From the NCBI RefSeq assembly GCF_006345805.1, contig NC_043024.1, forward strand, positions 1,798,001 through 1,862,000: a stretch of DNA of 64,000 nt, read 5' to 3'. Below are positions 25,515 through 37,961 of this stretch, piece by piece (position 1 is the first letter of the stretch; each line of letters opens with the position of its first letter). The DNA is from Octopus sinensis (taxonomy: Eukaryota). A model generated the notes under the pieces. It was not told the DNA's origin and did not search any database. It saw only the letters and a list, made by a program, of their open reading frames with translations. Position numbers and translations under genes: made by a program.

Positions 25515-26438
25515 CTCTAGGCACAAGAGGGGACTGGGGAGGGGGGGTAGTCGATTAGATCGACCCCAGTGCGTAACTGGTACTTAATTTATCGACCCTG
25601 AAAGGATGGAAGGCAAAGTCGACCTCAGCGGAATTTGAACTTGGAACGTAAAGATAGACGAAATACCTATTTCTTTATTACCCAAAAGGGGCTAAACATA
25701 GAAGGGACAAACAAAGGGATTAAGTCGATTACATCGACCCCCAGTTCGTAACTGGTACTTAATTTATCGACCCCGAAAAGATGAAAGGCAAAGTCGACCT
25801 CGGCGGAATTTGAACTCAGAACGTGGCGGCAGACGAAATACCGCTAAGCATTTTACCCGCCGTGCTTATATTTCTTATTTCTTTACTACCCACAAGGGGC
25901 TAAACACAGAGGAGCCAAACAAGGACAAACGGATTAAGTCGATAACATCGACCCCAGTGCGTAACTGGTACTTAATTTATCGACCCCGAAGGGATGAAAG
26001 ACTAAGTCGACCTCGGCGGAATTTGAACTCAGAACGTAACGACAGACGAAATACTTATTTCTTTACTACCCACAAGGGGCTAAACACAGAGGGGACAGAC
26101 AAAGGGATTAAGTCGATTATATCGACCCCAGTGCGTAACTGGTACTTTATTTATCGACCCCGAAGGAGTTAAAAGCAAAGTCGACCTCGGCGGAATTTGA
26201 ACTCAGAACGTAGTGGCAGACGAAATACCGCTAAGCATTTCTTATTTCTTTACCACCCACATGGGGCTAAACACAGAGGGGACGAACAAGGACAGACAAA
26301 GGGATTAAGTCGATTATATCGACTCCAGTGCGTAACTGGTACTTATTTAATCGTCCCCGAAAGGGATGAAAGGCAAAGTCGACCTCGGTGGAATTTGAAC
26401 TCAGGACGTAAAAGCCGTCCAGCAGAAAATTACCGCTC
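25515..26438 (-). mobile_element. Head-to-tail array of five SINE-C units
   Basis: Core tcgaccccagtgcgtaactggtact...aaagtcgacctcggcggaatttgaact repeats about every 180 bp. Confidence 0.88.
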
Positions 26439-26439
26439 G

Positions 26440-26830
26440 GGTATAATGTCAGTCCGGACCCGAGCAAGCAAGCCAGCAACTCCTTCCTTCCTTCCTTCTA
26501 AACCGGATTTCGGGGGCGACCCATTCATTCTGGCGCCAAATCCGAAAACAAAAGAAAGAAAGAAGCAAACAAACAAACAAACAAAAAAAAAAACTGCGGG
26601 AGGAGAAAAGAGTCGACGGACCTTTTCTAATCTCCGCAACACTAAAGAGTTCAACCCCACCGAATCGGAACTCTCCGTTGCACGCATGCGCATTGGCCAT
26701 CTCGTATTTATATTTTTTTTTTTTCCTGCCTTCCAAGCATGGCTTTGGGAGAGAAAGTTTGAACCGGAGCAGCCAAGGATGACACCACATATATGCCTCC
26801 CCCTCGGACATATGGACGGACCAGTGGAAA
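26440..26830 (+). promoter_or_regulatory. CpG-rich putative promoter / first non-coding exon region of CPSF4
   Basis: Local CpG enrichment ~1.2 kb upstream of the ATG; NRF1-like TGCACGCATGCGCA (26679-26692) abutting ATTGG/GGCCAT (CCAAT- and YY1-like); TSS not determined. Confidence 0.5.
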
Positions 26831-27469
26831 TCATGTTCATGTCTGCAATATAACGTCTCTATTCTTTCCATTGACTCTTTATTTTAATTAGTATTAATTA
26901 CTGTTGTTATCCAGAAACGACCAACACTCCTGCCGGTACCCGTCGCTCTCCTCTCTCTCTCTCTTAATATTAATCCTTATATAAATCTACCCAAACCCTT
27001 TTGCTTTATTCCCACCAAAACTCCCACCAAATCCATTCACCGCCTCTTCTCATTCCCCCCCAACAACACACACACACACATACACACACGCACATACATA
27101 CATATATATACATATATACACTCTGGGGTGGTGGTGGTTTGTTTTTAGAAGCGTGTATAATGGTTATTATTTCCTTGTGAGTGAGTGGTCTACCTCTATA
27201 GTCCTCACCAGTTCCCTAAAGTTCCCCTTCTGAACCCTGGTCCCAAATACTGTTGCTAGGTAGATTACCTGTGTATACACCACACACACACACATATATA
27301 TATACATACATATATATATATATAATATATATATAGGTGTCCCTTCTGGGGGTTCCAGTAGAGAATGGGAACTTGTTAAACTGTGTTGTGTGGATATGTA
27401 CATATATACATACATACATACGTATATATATCCGCTTGTACGTATGTTTAATTAAAGGATAAAACTGTG

Positions 27470-27743
27470 CATACATACAAACTAGAGAAATATACACATC
27501 AAATATATACGCATTCATATATATATATATATACAGTGAGAGAGGTGAAACCAGACAACCTAAAGAAATATACACCACTCAGGTGTATATATATATTATA
27601 GAAAATGTGCATTCATACAAACTAGAGAAATATATACATCAAATATATACGCATTCATATATATATATATATATATACACAGTGAGAGAGAGAGAGGGGT
27701 GAAACAAGACAACCTAAAGAAATATACACCACTCAGGTGTGTG

Positions 27744-27782
<39 letters not shown>

Positions 27783-27786
27783 GAAA
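27470..27786. repeat. Direct duplication of ~140-170 bp
   Basis: catacaaactagagaaatata...gacaacctaaagaaatatacaccactcaggtg present twice. Confidence 0.85.
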
Positions 27787-27927
27787 AGAGACACTTGCTG
27801 AAACAACTATATATATATATATATACATGTTTATGAAGATTAAATACACACATATATATATATATGATACATGTGTATAAGTAAGAGTGTATATTGTTAA
27901 AAGGCAGGGAAAAGTTCTGAGCTAACC

Positions 27928-28030
27928 ATGCAGGATATTGTGGCACCAGTCCATAACTTGAAGTTTGAGATCGAATATGCCTTGGAGAACCAACTTGGAT
28001 GCCGGCCTTTGCCCTTCCCGGGGATGGACA
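27928..28030 (+). CDS. CPSF4: CPSF4 coding exon 1: [34 protein letters not shown]
   Basis: ATG in context aaccATGc; donor gtgagt. Confidence 0.93.
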
Positions 28031-28208
28031 GTGAGTATGGTGTTATTGTTGTCTCTTGATCTTTCGGGGTACCTTATACTGTATATACACACACAAACAA
28101 TGTATAAGTCCATTAGCTTTGTTCACTTTTTATGGTGACCATACAATAATACTAACACCCAGTAAACGTATCTATCTATCTGTCTATCTATCTAGGCATG
28201 TATCTACC

Positions 28209-28261
<53 letters not shown>

Positions 28262-28284
28262 GTGTGTGTGTGTGTGTGTGTGTA

Positions 28285-28315
<31 letters not shown>

Positions 28316-28340
28316 GTATGTGTATGTGTGTGTGTGTGTA

Positions 28341-28371
<31 letters not shown>

Positions 28372-28506
28372 GTGTACCTACCTATATATATATATATATA
28401 AATAGCCACTACGTGGCACTTTGAGCAAGTATTTTCTACTGTAGTCCCTGTCCGACCAAAAAGCCTTGTAAGTGGGTTTGGTTAACGGAAACTAAAAGAA
28501 GCCCGC

Positions 28507-28541
<35 letters not shown>

Positions 28542-31525
28542 CAATATATGTGTGTGTGTGTCTTTGTGTCTCCGTAACCTAGCGGTTTATCATAAGATAT
28601 CGATAGAATAAGTTCCAGGCTTAAAAAACAAGTCCTGGGGTAGATTTGTTCGACTAAAACTCTCCAAGGCGGTGCCCCAGCATGGCCGCAGTCCAATGGC
28701 TGAAACAGAACATAAGATACCCTCGTGCACATCCAAAGGTTTTTTTTTACTTAAGGGCCTTAACTTATCGATGTTTGTTCAACCCTGAGCTGGCCCCGAT
28801 CAAAGGCTTCCGGTCAATCCTGACCTGTATTTCGTTGGGGGGTTTTCTTCACCGGCACAACATACCTAGGACTACATTATCCAATGTGCATCTTCCAGTT
28901 ATTCCTACATGTTTGGTGTTGGAAGCTAACCGAATGATGTAAACAAACTGTTTTGTGTATGTGTCTGTGTGTTTACCAACCATGTTAGTTGCTACATATG
29001 CTCTCACACACACACATGTAGACCTCATTTATACACATGGTCATGTCTGTATATATATTTCTTTACTGCCCACAAGGGGCTAAACATAGAGGGGACAAAC
29101 AAGGACAGACACAGATTAAGTCGATTATATCGACTCCAGTGCGTAACTGGTACTTTATTTATCGACCCCGAAAGGATGAAAGGCAAAGTCGACCTCGGTG
29201 GAATTTGAACTCAGAACGTAAAGACAGACGAAATACCGCTAAGCATTTCGAGTCCCCCCTTCTGTGCTTCTCAACCTTTTTTTGGCCCATAGGCCTCTTT
29301 GATTCCTATTTCACTCTACTGTATATAAAAACAAATCTTGCTGTATTTTTATAATTAAATATTGTTTGGAAATGTATAAAAAAAATTAAATATTTCGTGC
29401 ATTGTAGAAGTAAAACCAGTTTATTACAGATAAACGTTTTTTTACCAAAATCTTATATGAACCCCTGTTGAGAACCACTGCTCTGTATTCATTGTTCACT
29501 TTGATGTACCTCGTACCTTATACAATCCTCCATTCATTGCCATTTTGCATCACATACCCCTGATATCCAGGCCTCTACATTCACGGTCCTTTATTATCAT
29601 ACATCTAACATGTATTATATTCCTCCATGTTCCGTGCTCATATTTGCGTGATACACCATCACACATATTAAACCCATCAGATATAGTCCCCTACATTCAC
29701 TGTCCATGTTTCACTGCCATACCCCATCACACATTATACACACAACACAATCCATTCATTACTCTCCATGTTTTGCTACCACACACCATTATACATCGTA
29801 CGCACACCACATGATATATTGTCCCCTACATTCACTGTCCATGTTTCACTGCCACACCCCAACACAACTCAATCCATTCATTACCCTCCATGTTTTGCTA
29901 CCACACACCATTATACATCGTATTCACACCACATGATATATTCTCCCCTACATTCACTATCCATGTTTCACTGCCATACACACACCACATGTAGGGCAGC
30001 CCAAAAGCAGGGTTACAGTTATCACATAGGCACTTTAAATTTCTTTTAAAACATTTCTTTACATTTAAATTTCCGTCTTACAATGAACTAAATTAGCATA
30101 GAATAAAGGTTTCTTATTTTTTTATAATTAAGATCTAAGCCGTTAATATATGAATGCGAAAGAGATAGTTGAATAACTTTAAACCTACTTTTTGGGCCGC
30201 CCTGTATAATGTTCTACATTTACTGTCCATGTTTCACTACCACATAGCATCACTCATCTTCTGGAAGCACACGGCCTAGTGGTTAGAGCAGCAGATTCGC
30301 GGTCGGGGGATCGCGGGTTCGAATCTCAGACCGGGCGATGTGTGTGTTTATGAGCGAAACACCTAAGCTTCACGCGGCTCCAGCAGAAGGTAATGGCGAA
30401 CTTCTGCTGACTCTTTCGCCACAACTTTCTCTCACTCTTTCCTCCTGCATCTTGCAGCTCACCTGCAACGGACTGGCGTCCCGTCCAGATGGGGAACCTA
30501 TACGCCAAGAAACCGGGAAACCGGCCCTTATGAGCCAGGTATGGCTCGAGAAGGAACAAACATCACTCATCTTGCAGACAGCACTTCATATAGTTCCCTA
30601 CATTCTCTTTAAGGTGAAATACACAATCAAGATGCTTTGCTCCACGCACAAGCTGGAGCAGTTACTAAAAGGTTTCGAAAGCACTTCTCTTGAAAGCCTT
30701 CCACATCATCAGCCAGTAGCTCGGGGGTCATAAGCGTTGCACCTCTTGGCCTGCATGCTTTGAGTTGTGCACCAAGGACTGGATTAGTTTTCATTTGCAG
30801 AAGGGTCCCACCTGCAGCCTCTTACCAACCATGGCCACCTTGGTGGCTTCAGTTCGCTGCGTTCCAAACCAGTTTTTCACAGGAAACTGTGTACCAGATT
30901 AGCTGGAAAGCCATGACAACTGACTTCAATAGGGAATTCGGCCAGGGCTGTCCTTTGACAAGAGTTCCAACAACCAAGGCCTAATACTCGGCTTTCTTCA
31001 GTTAGTGAGAAACGTCAAGTTTGCCCTCCCGGGGCCACAGTGATTTTTTTTGCACTCCTGGAAACCAGGAACATACCTAATAGGAGCAGTGTGACTACTC
31101 CCTCCTTTGGGAACACAAGTCTGCCCTTCAGGTCCACTTGCATCACCCCCAGATCTGAAGCTGGATGCAAAATAGAAAATAGGTCCTCCTACTGTTGCTT
31201 TTTGTTTTAGAAGCCTTGTCACTTTCCCTTAGGAATCTGATACACATTTCAGTGGTGATGGCCGCTAGGACCACAACCTTTTTTTGCACCAGAGACCAGT
31301 TTTGTGCAAAACAATTTTTCCATGGACCAGGGCATCAGATAGACAGCAAAATGCTATAAACTGCCTAAAATAAAATTTGATAATTACATATATAACACAC
31401 ACACATACTTATTCTTTGTAAGCCTAGTACTTATTTCTATCAGTCTCTTTTGCCGAACTGCTAAGTAACGGGGACATAAACACATCAGCGTCGGTTGTCA
31501 AGCGATGTTGGGGGGACAAACATAT

Positions 31526-31564
<39 letters not shown>

Positions 31565-34500
31565 CATACGATGGGCTTCTTTCAGTTTCCGTCTACCAAA
31601 TCCACTCACAAGGCTTTGGTCGGCCTGAGGCTATAGTAGAAGACACTTGCCCAAGGTGCCACACAGTGGGACTGAACCTGGAACCATGTAGTTGGTAAGC
31701 AAGCTACTTACCACACGACCACTCGTTTTGTGCTAATTTTAAATTTTAATGAATCTAATGCTTCTTTATTCACATAATTTTGAATTAATCGTCTATTATG
31801 GTGTAGCTTCAAGACTTCATATTTTTGGAATGACATTGTAGAGGAGGTGTGAGCAGTCAAATATGGCCAGTTTGAACACAACTGTTTGGGCCAGATATAT
31901 AACTGGTTTAAATACCAAAGGGTTAACTGCTGGGATTATCTCTGTGATTTTGAGGTTAAGCTGAAAAATAGTAAATCTTCCCTTAGACTAAACACCAGCT
32001 AAAGTATCAGCTAACATTCCAAGGTGACCTTGGGCATGTTCTTCCTCTGAGAGCTGAGTTGTAAGGCATTGAGTGGACTGGCCAAATACAAAATACTCCA
32101 CAGCAAAGTCGGGTATCAAGGCTTTTGAGTTTGTAGTTCAAATCTTATAGTTACCCCCTTGGCAGTTGCACCCCCATTTTACAATCAGTAGTCCATGGTT
32201 TACTCTCACACACCACATATAGTTCTCTGTATTAATTGCTCCATATTTGGCTATTTTACATGACCAAGCAGGTGACAAGGCTTCTAAGACAAAAAGCAAC
32301 AGTAGGAGGTGGAGGTGCGTGGCTTAGTGGTTAGGGTGTCAGCATCATGATCGTAAGATTGGGGTTTCGATTCCTGGACCGGGCGACGCTTTGTGTTCTT
32401 GAGCAAAACACTTCATTTCACGTTGCTCCAGTCCACTCAGCAAAAATGAGTAACACTGCAATGGACTGGCGTCCTGTCCAGCTGGGGAACACATTCGCCA
32501 TAGAAACCGAGAAACCGGGCCCATGAACCTGGCTAGCCTTTAAAAGGGCGCATTTATTTGCGGAGGCACATGGCCTACTGATTAGAGCAGCAGACCCGCG
32601 GTCGAGAGATCGCGGGTTTGAATCTCAGACCAGGCAATGTGTTTGTTTATGAGCGAAACACCTAAGCTCCACGCGGCTCCGGCAGAAGGTAATGGCGAAC
32701 TTCTGCTGACTCTCTCACCACAACTTTCTCTCACTCTTTCCTCCTGCATCTTGCAGCTCACCTGCGACGGACCGCCGTCCCGTCCAGGTGGGGAACCTAT
32801 ATGCCAAGGAAACTGAGAAACCGACCCTTATGAGCCAGCCGTGGCTCGAGAAGGAAGGAACAACAGTAGGGGGACCCATTTTCTGTTTTGCATCCAGCTT
32901 CAGACTGGGGGTGATGCAAGTGGATCTGAAGGGCAGACTCTTCTTCCCAGAGGAGGGAGTAGTCACACTGTTCCTACTAGGTATGTTCCAGGAGTGCAAA
33001 AACCATGTAGCTGAACTCACAGTACCCTGGGAGGGCAAACTTGACGCTTCTCACCAACAAGCAGCAGCCATCACCACTGAGGTGTGTATCAGATTTTACC
33101 TGACCAAAGAGGTATGGCTACATGATTAAGAAGTCTGCTTCTCAACCACATGGCTTCATGTTCAGTCCCACTGTGTGGCATGTTGGGCCAGCCTCTTCTA
33201 CTATAACCCTTGGCTGATTGAAACCCTGTGGAAGAATTTGGGAGATAGAACTCAAAAAGTTTCCGGACTAGTTACGGTTCATAAAAAAATAACTTATTTA
33301 CCTAAGTTTTAACATCATCTCTTTTAAAATAGTCACCTTGCCCAGAAATACATTGGTCCCAGTGTTACTGCCACTTTTGGAATCTGGCCTGGAAATAATT
33401 TTCTGTGAGTTGTGGACCTTCTGTGATTCACTCTTGGCCTCAACGACCATGTTAAAATGCTGACCTTTGAGCTGCATTTTCATCTTGGAGAAGGGATGGA
33501 AGTCCGTACATTATTTACATTTGACGAATATTTGTCCTCATCTTGTTTGCTGTTAACACAACGTTTCGGCTGATATACCCTCCTACCTTCATCAGGTGTC
33601 TTGGGGAAATTTCGAACCCGGGTTCTCATTCCTAAGATATTGGCATATGGCGTAGTGGTTAAAAGCATGGGCTACTAACCCCAAGATTCCGAGTTAATAA
33701 TAATAGTAATAACATCTAAAAATACCTTAGGAATGAGAACCCAGGTTCGAAATTTCCCCCAAGACACCTGAAGAAGGCTGGAGGGTATATCTGCCGAAAT
33801 GTTGTGTTAACAACAAACAAGATGAGGACAAATATCCGTTAAATGTCAATAATGTACATAATTCCTCATCTCTTAAATATAGAACTGGAAGTCTGTAGTT
33901 GTATTGTTTTTGGTAAGAAACTCACAAGTGGGGAGAGGTCAGTGACTGGGTACATTTGTTGTCAGGAAGAATCCAATTCTTTGCACTCCACAGTTCCATC
34001 TGTTTTCGCCAAATGTCTTCTCTTCATCATCATTGTTCGACCATGGTCGAGACAATGGAATTTACCATGCTACGCCAGACTTCACGGTCCATCATGGCAT
34101 TACAGAGGTCCTGTTTCTGGATGCCTGTATCCCTGGAAATTACATCAGGGTAGGAGAGTGTGCGCCCTCTGGTATTGTGAGCAGATGGCTTCCAGAGGAG
34201 AAGAGTAGAAATTACCTCTTTTTCAGCTCTACAACAACGTCCAGCAAACTGGACTCTCCTACCTTTCACAAGAGATGACAGAGGTGGTAATTTCCCATAT
34301 ATTTGCATTTTGGTTGGATGGCGCTTCCACGAGAGATTTTGAGCTCTCGAACAAGTCTTCTCTTAAATGCTTCAAAATGTGGCAGTAGAACTCTTAATTG
34401 GTGGGCTGGCCCTGGGACATAAATTCTTGATATATAATACTGCGGATATTGAAAGAAAAACAATGGACGAGCTCTTGGTTAAGTTGCAGCTCTGTTGTGC

Positions 34501-37500
34501 ACCTGTGCCACTCAAAATATTGCATATGACCCATTGCCTCATCACCACAAGCTTGCCAAAGTATGTTCAATGCCTCTGTAGCAGGCTTCCCAAGTTTAAT
34601 GCAAAATTTCATGTTGGTTCTTTGTTCCAACTTCCAGTAAATGACAAAATCACAGACTACAGCAGACACGTGATCACAAAAACACAAATTTCACAATTTG
34701 CAATGTAAACACAGCAGTATCGCCCGACATTGTTCGGAATTTTTGAAAAGTAAAAATTGTGCATTATGTAGCTTGTTATTCTCTTTAAGGGAACATTTTT
34801 CTGGTTGAAATACGCCGAAAACTGACGACACAGCAGTCAAAAAATCGTAAAAAATAGAGATTTTCATAGAAAAAAAGCACCTTTTTGGTGTTAACATGGT
34901 CCAATTTTAATTTTTCTTCTACGGAAGGAAGAGCAAGCCTTCTTCTATCATACTCTCAATTTTGGTCAACTTGCGCCACAGGGTCTCGGAGGAGATAGTG
35001 TTTGTTGAAGGCTACCAAACCTGCCATACACAGACAACTTCAGCTTTATATAGAGAGAGAGATAAATAAGTAGAAGCATTTTTTTTTCCCCACTTTTTCC
35101 ATTTTACAATGCATTTGTCGTGGAGTTCTAAGATTTTACACCAGTTATTCTGAGGTTTCTTCACACCTTTTCCACACTACCTCCATCACAAAGTCAAAAA
35201 TCATGAAAAAAACACTCCACCCTGCTGTGTACTTCATCTCTTAATACTCATCATTTTCTTTCTTTCTTCTTTCTCCTCTCAGAATCCGGTGCAGCAATTT
35301 GCACATTCTTCATGCGAGGCCTCTGTTCCAAGGGTAGTTCATGTCCATTCCGTCATGTCAAAGGAGACCGAACCATTGTCTGCAAGCATTGGCTACGAGG
35401 TTTGTGCAAGAAAGGCGACGACTGTGAATTTCTCCATGAGTACGATATGTCGAAGATGCCTGAATGCTATTTCTTCTCTAAATTCGGTAAGTTTTTGACA
35501 TTTCCTCTTATATTTATTTATCTTTATGTATTTATTAACCCTTTTCATATCAATCTGCCTGGAACTGCCCCTGGTTCTACAATACAAACTCCCCTGTTTT
35601 AACCCTTTAGCACAGGGGTCGGAGAACCAGGGTAGATTACCCCAAGAGGGATAAAAATGAAATTCTTGGGGGTAATGAGGACTCATTATGTGAAGGTGCA
35701 TGGCTCAGTGGTTAGAGCGTCCAGCTTATGATTGTGAGGTTGTGAGTTTGAATCCTGGACCGGGCTATGTGTTGTGTTCTTGAGCAAGACCCTTTATTTC
35801 ACATTTTTATATAATTCTGCCTATGTCTAATGAGTCCTTCTTCCCATCCTTGGACTTTTCCTTCTCCTATGTTTCTGACGAAGAGCTCCACTCAAAACGT
35901 TAAACCGTCCTTCTTTCCTTCTTTCCTGAGCGTCCAATAACACTATACTTGTTCCACGTCCTCGCGTTGTTGTGTTTTCATGTTTGGATTATATCGTGCC
36001 GGTGGCACGTTAAAAGCACCGACCGATCGTGGCCGATGCCAGACTCCCCTGGCCCCTATGCCGGTGGCATATAAAAAGCACCCATTACACTCACGGAGTG
36101 GTTGGCGTTAGGAAGGGCATCCAGCTGTAGAAACACTGCCAGATCAAGATTGGAGCCTGGCGCAGCTGCCATGGCTTCCCAGACCCCGGTCGAACCGTCC
36201 AACCCATGCTAGCACGGAAAACGGACATTAAACGATGATGATATATGTACACATACCCACCGTCTCCTTTTCTCTTTCTACAAACCCCTTCTGCTCCATT
36301 TTCTACAGTTAAAACCAACGTCTTGAGCAATTACATCACTCCATTCCTCCTACGTGTATCTGTCCTCTTTTCCTCTCTCTCTCTCTTTCCACCCAGTTTC
36401 TTTTGCTAACATACCCTGCTCCATCTTCCACCCTGTACAGGTCAATGCAGCAACAAAGAATGTCCATTCCTACACATTGATCCGGAGAAGAAGATCCGAG
36501 ATTGCCCGTGGTACGACCGAGGATTCTGTCGACACGGTAAGATCCCTTTCTGTCAACATTGCCAAGCGTGAGTGTGTTTTCGATGTGTTTCAGATATCAG
36601 TCTTCAGGGAGTATAACAGAGTTGTGGCAGAGGAAGACATCTCAAGTACAGGAATACAGTCTAGAGAAGAGCACACACACACACACACACACAGACATAT
36701 ATATAACGGGTGCTACATGTCAGTGGTTAGAGCATCGGACTCACAATCACAAGATAGTGAGTTCGATTCCTGGACTGGTCTGTGTGTTGTGTTCTTGAGC
36801 AAGACACTTTATTTCATGTTGCCCCAGTTCACTCAGGTGTAGAAATGAGTTGGGACGTCACTGGTGCCGAAATGAAGTGGCCGTGTCCTTTCCCTTGGAT
36901 AACATCGGTGATGTGGAGAGGAGAGGCTGGTATGCATGGATGTCTGCTGGCCTTCCATAAAATAACCTGTCCGGACTTGTATCTCAGAGGGGAACTTTCT
37001 AGGTACAATCCCAGAAACTGAAGGGAGTTCTTTATCCTGAAGGCTAAACTATAATAAAGGGACATGTACAGGTATCTCGCTCCCTTGACCGCCATTCCAC
37101 TCAGATAACCATTGGAACTTTATGCTTCTCAGATTCTACCATCATGGGCACCTATGAGTCATGACAGGCATGTGACCCAGCCCCCTTGGTGTAAGAAGTT
37201 GAGGGTCAAAACACTTACCCGAAGAAGGGTTTCTTCTCTGAATCCTTCTGCTGCTCAGCTCCCTTGAGAGATTCTTACCACTGAGAAGGACTAATAAGGC
37301 TGAAACATATTGAAAGTTGTCTCCTATACTCACTGAAATGTTGTAGAGCTAATATTGTCTTTATTTCACCCCATGATTATTTTTAATTAGATTTTGCATG
37401 CATGTAAAAAGCTCCCACTACACTCATGGAGTGGTTGGCATTAGGAAGGTCATCCAGCTGTAGAAACATTGCCAGATCAAACTGGAGCCTGGTGCAGCCT

Positions 37501-37913
37501 TCTGGCTTCCCAGATCCCGGTCGAACCATCCAACCCATGCTAGCATGGAGAACAGACTTTAAATGATGATGATGAGGAGGAGGATTTGCTATACTCCCCA
37601 CATTGAGTTTCCAATGACTTCACAACTACGATTCATGATACTCCTTGCATTGTGTTTGTTAACATTGATTGAACTGTGATTTATGATGTTCCCTAAGGTT
37701 TTATGACAGTGGTGATGATGATGATGATGATGTCTTTTTCAGGTCCCAACTGTAAGAACAGACACGTACGGCGTGTTATATGCCAGAGTTACCTGAACGG
37801 CTTCTGTTGCGATGGCCCTAACTGTAAATATGTACAGTAAGTATTGAAACTGAATCTCTTTCTCCTCTTTTACCAGCTTCAGCTTGAGAGCTTCGGCCAT
37901 GCAGGGCCACTGC

Positions 37914-37961
<48 letters not shown>

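Larger units (their letters stand above)
33505..33885. mobile_element. Fold-back Penelope-like insertion with two hammerhead motifs, 8-bp flanking direct repeat TGGAAGTC
   Basis: Arms 33506-33641 / 33721-33857 are reverse complements; TGGAAGTC at 33497-33504 and 33886-33893. Confidence 0.75.

Noticed and set aside
25515-26438. CRISPR-like regularly spaced repeats
   Set aside because: Eukaryotic context; units are ~180-bp SINE cores with no unique spacers or cas genes
26197-26871. ORFs of 136-218 aa over the CpG-rich region
   Set aside because: Built from SINE sequence and simple repeats; no recognisable protein; better explained as promoter/UTR
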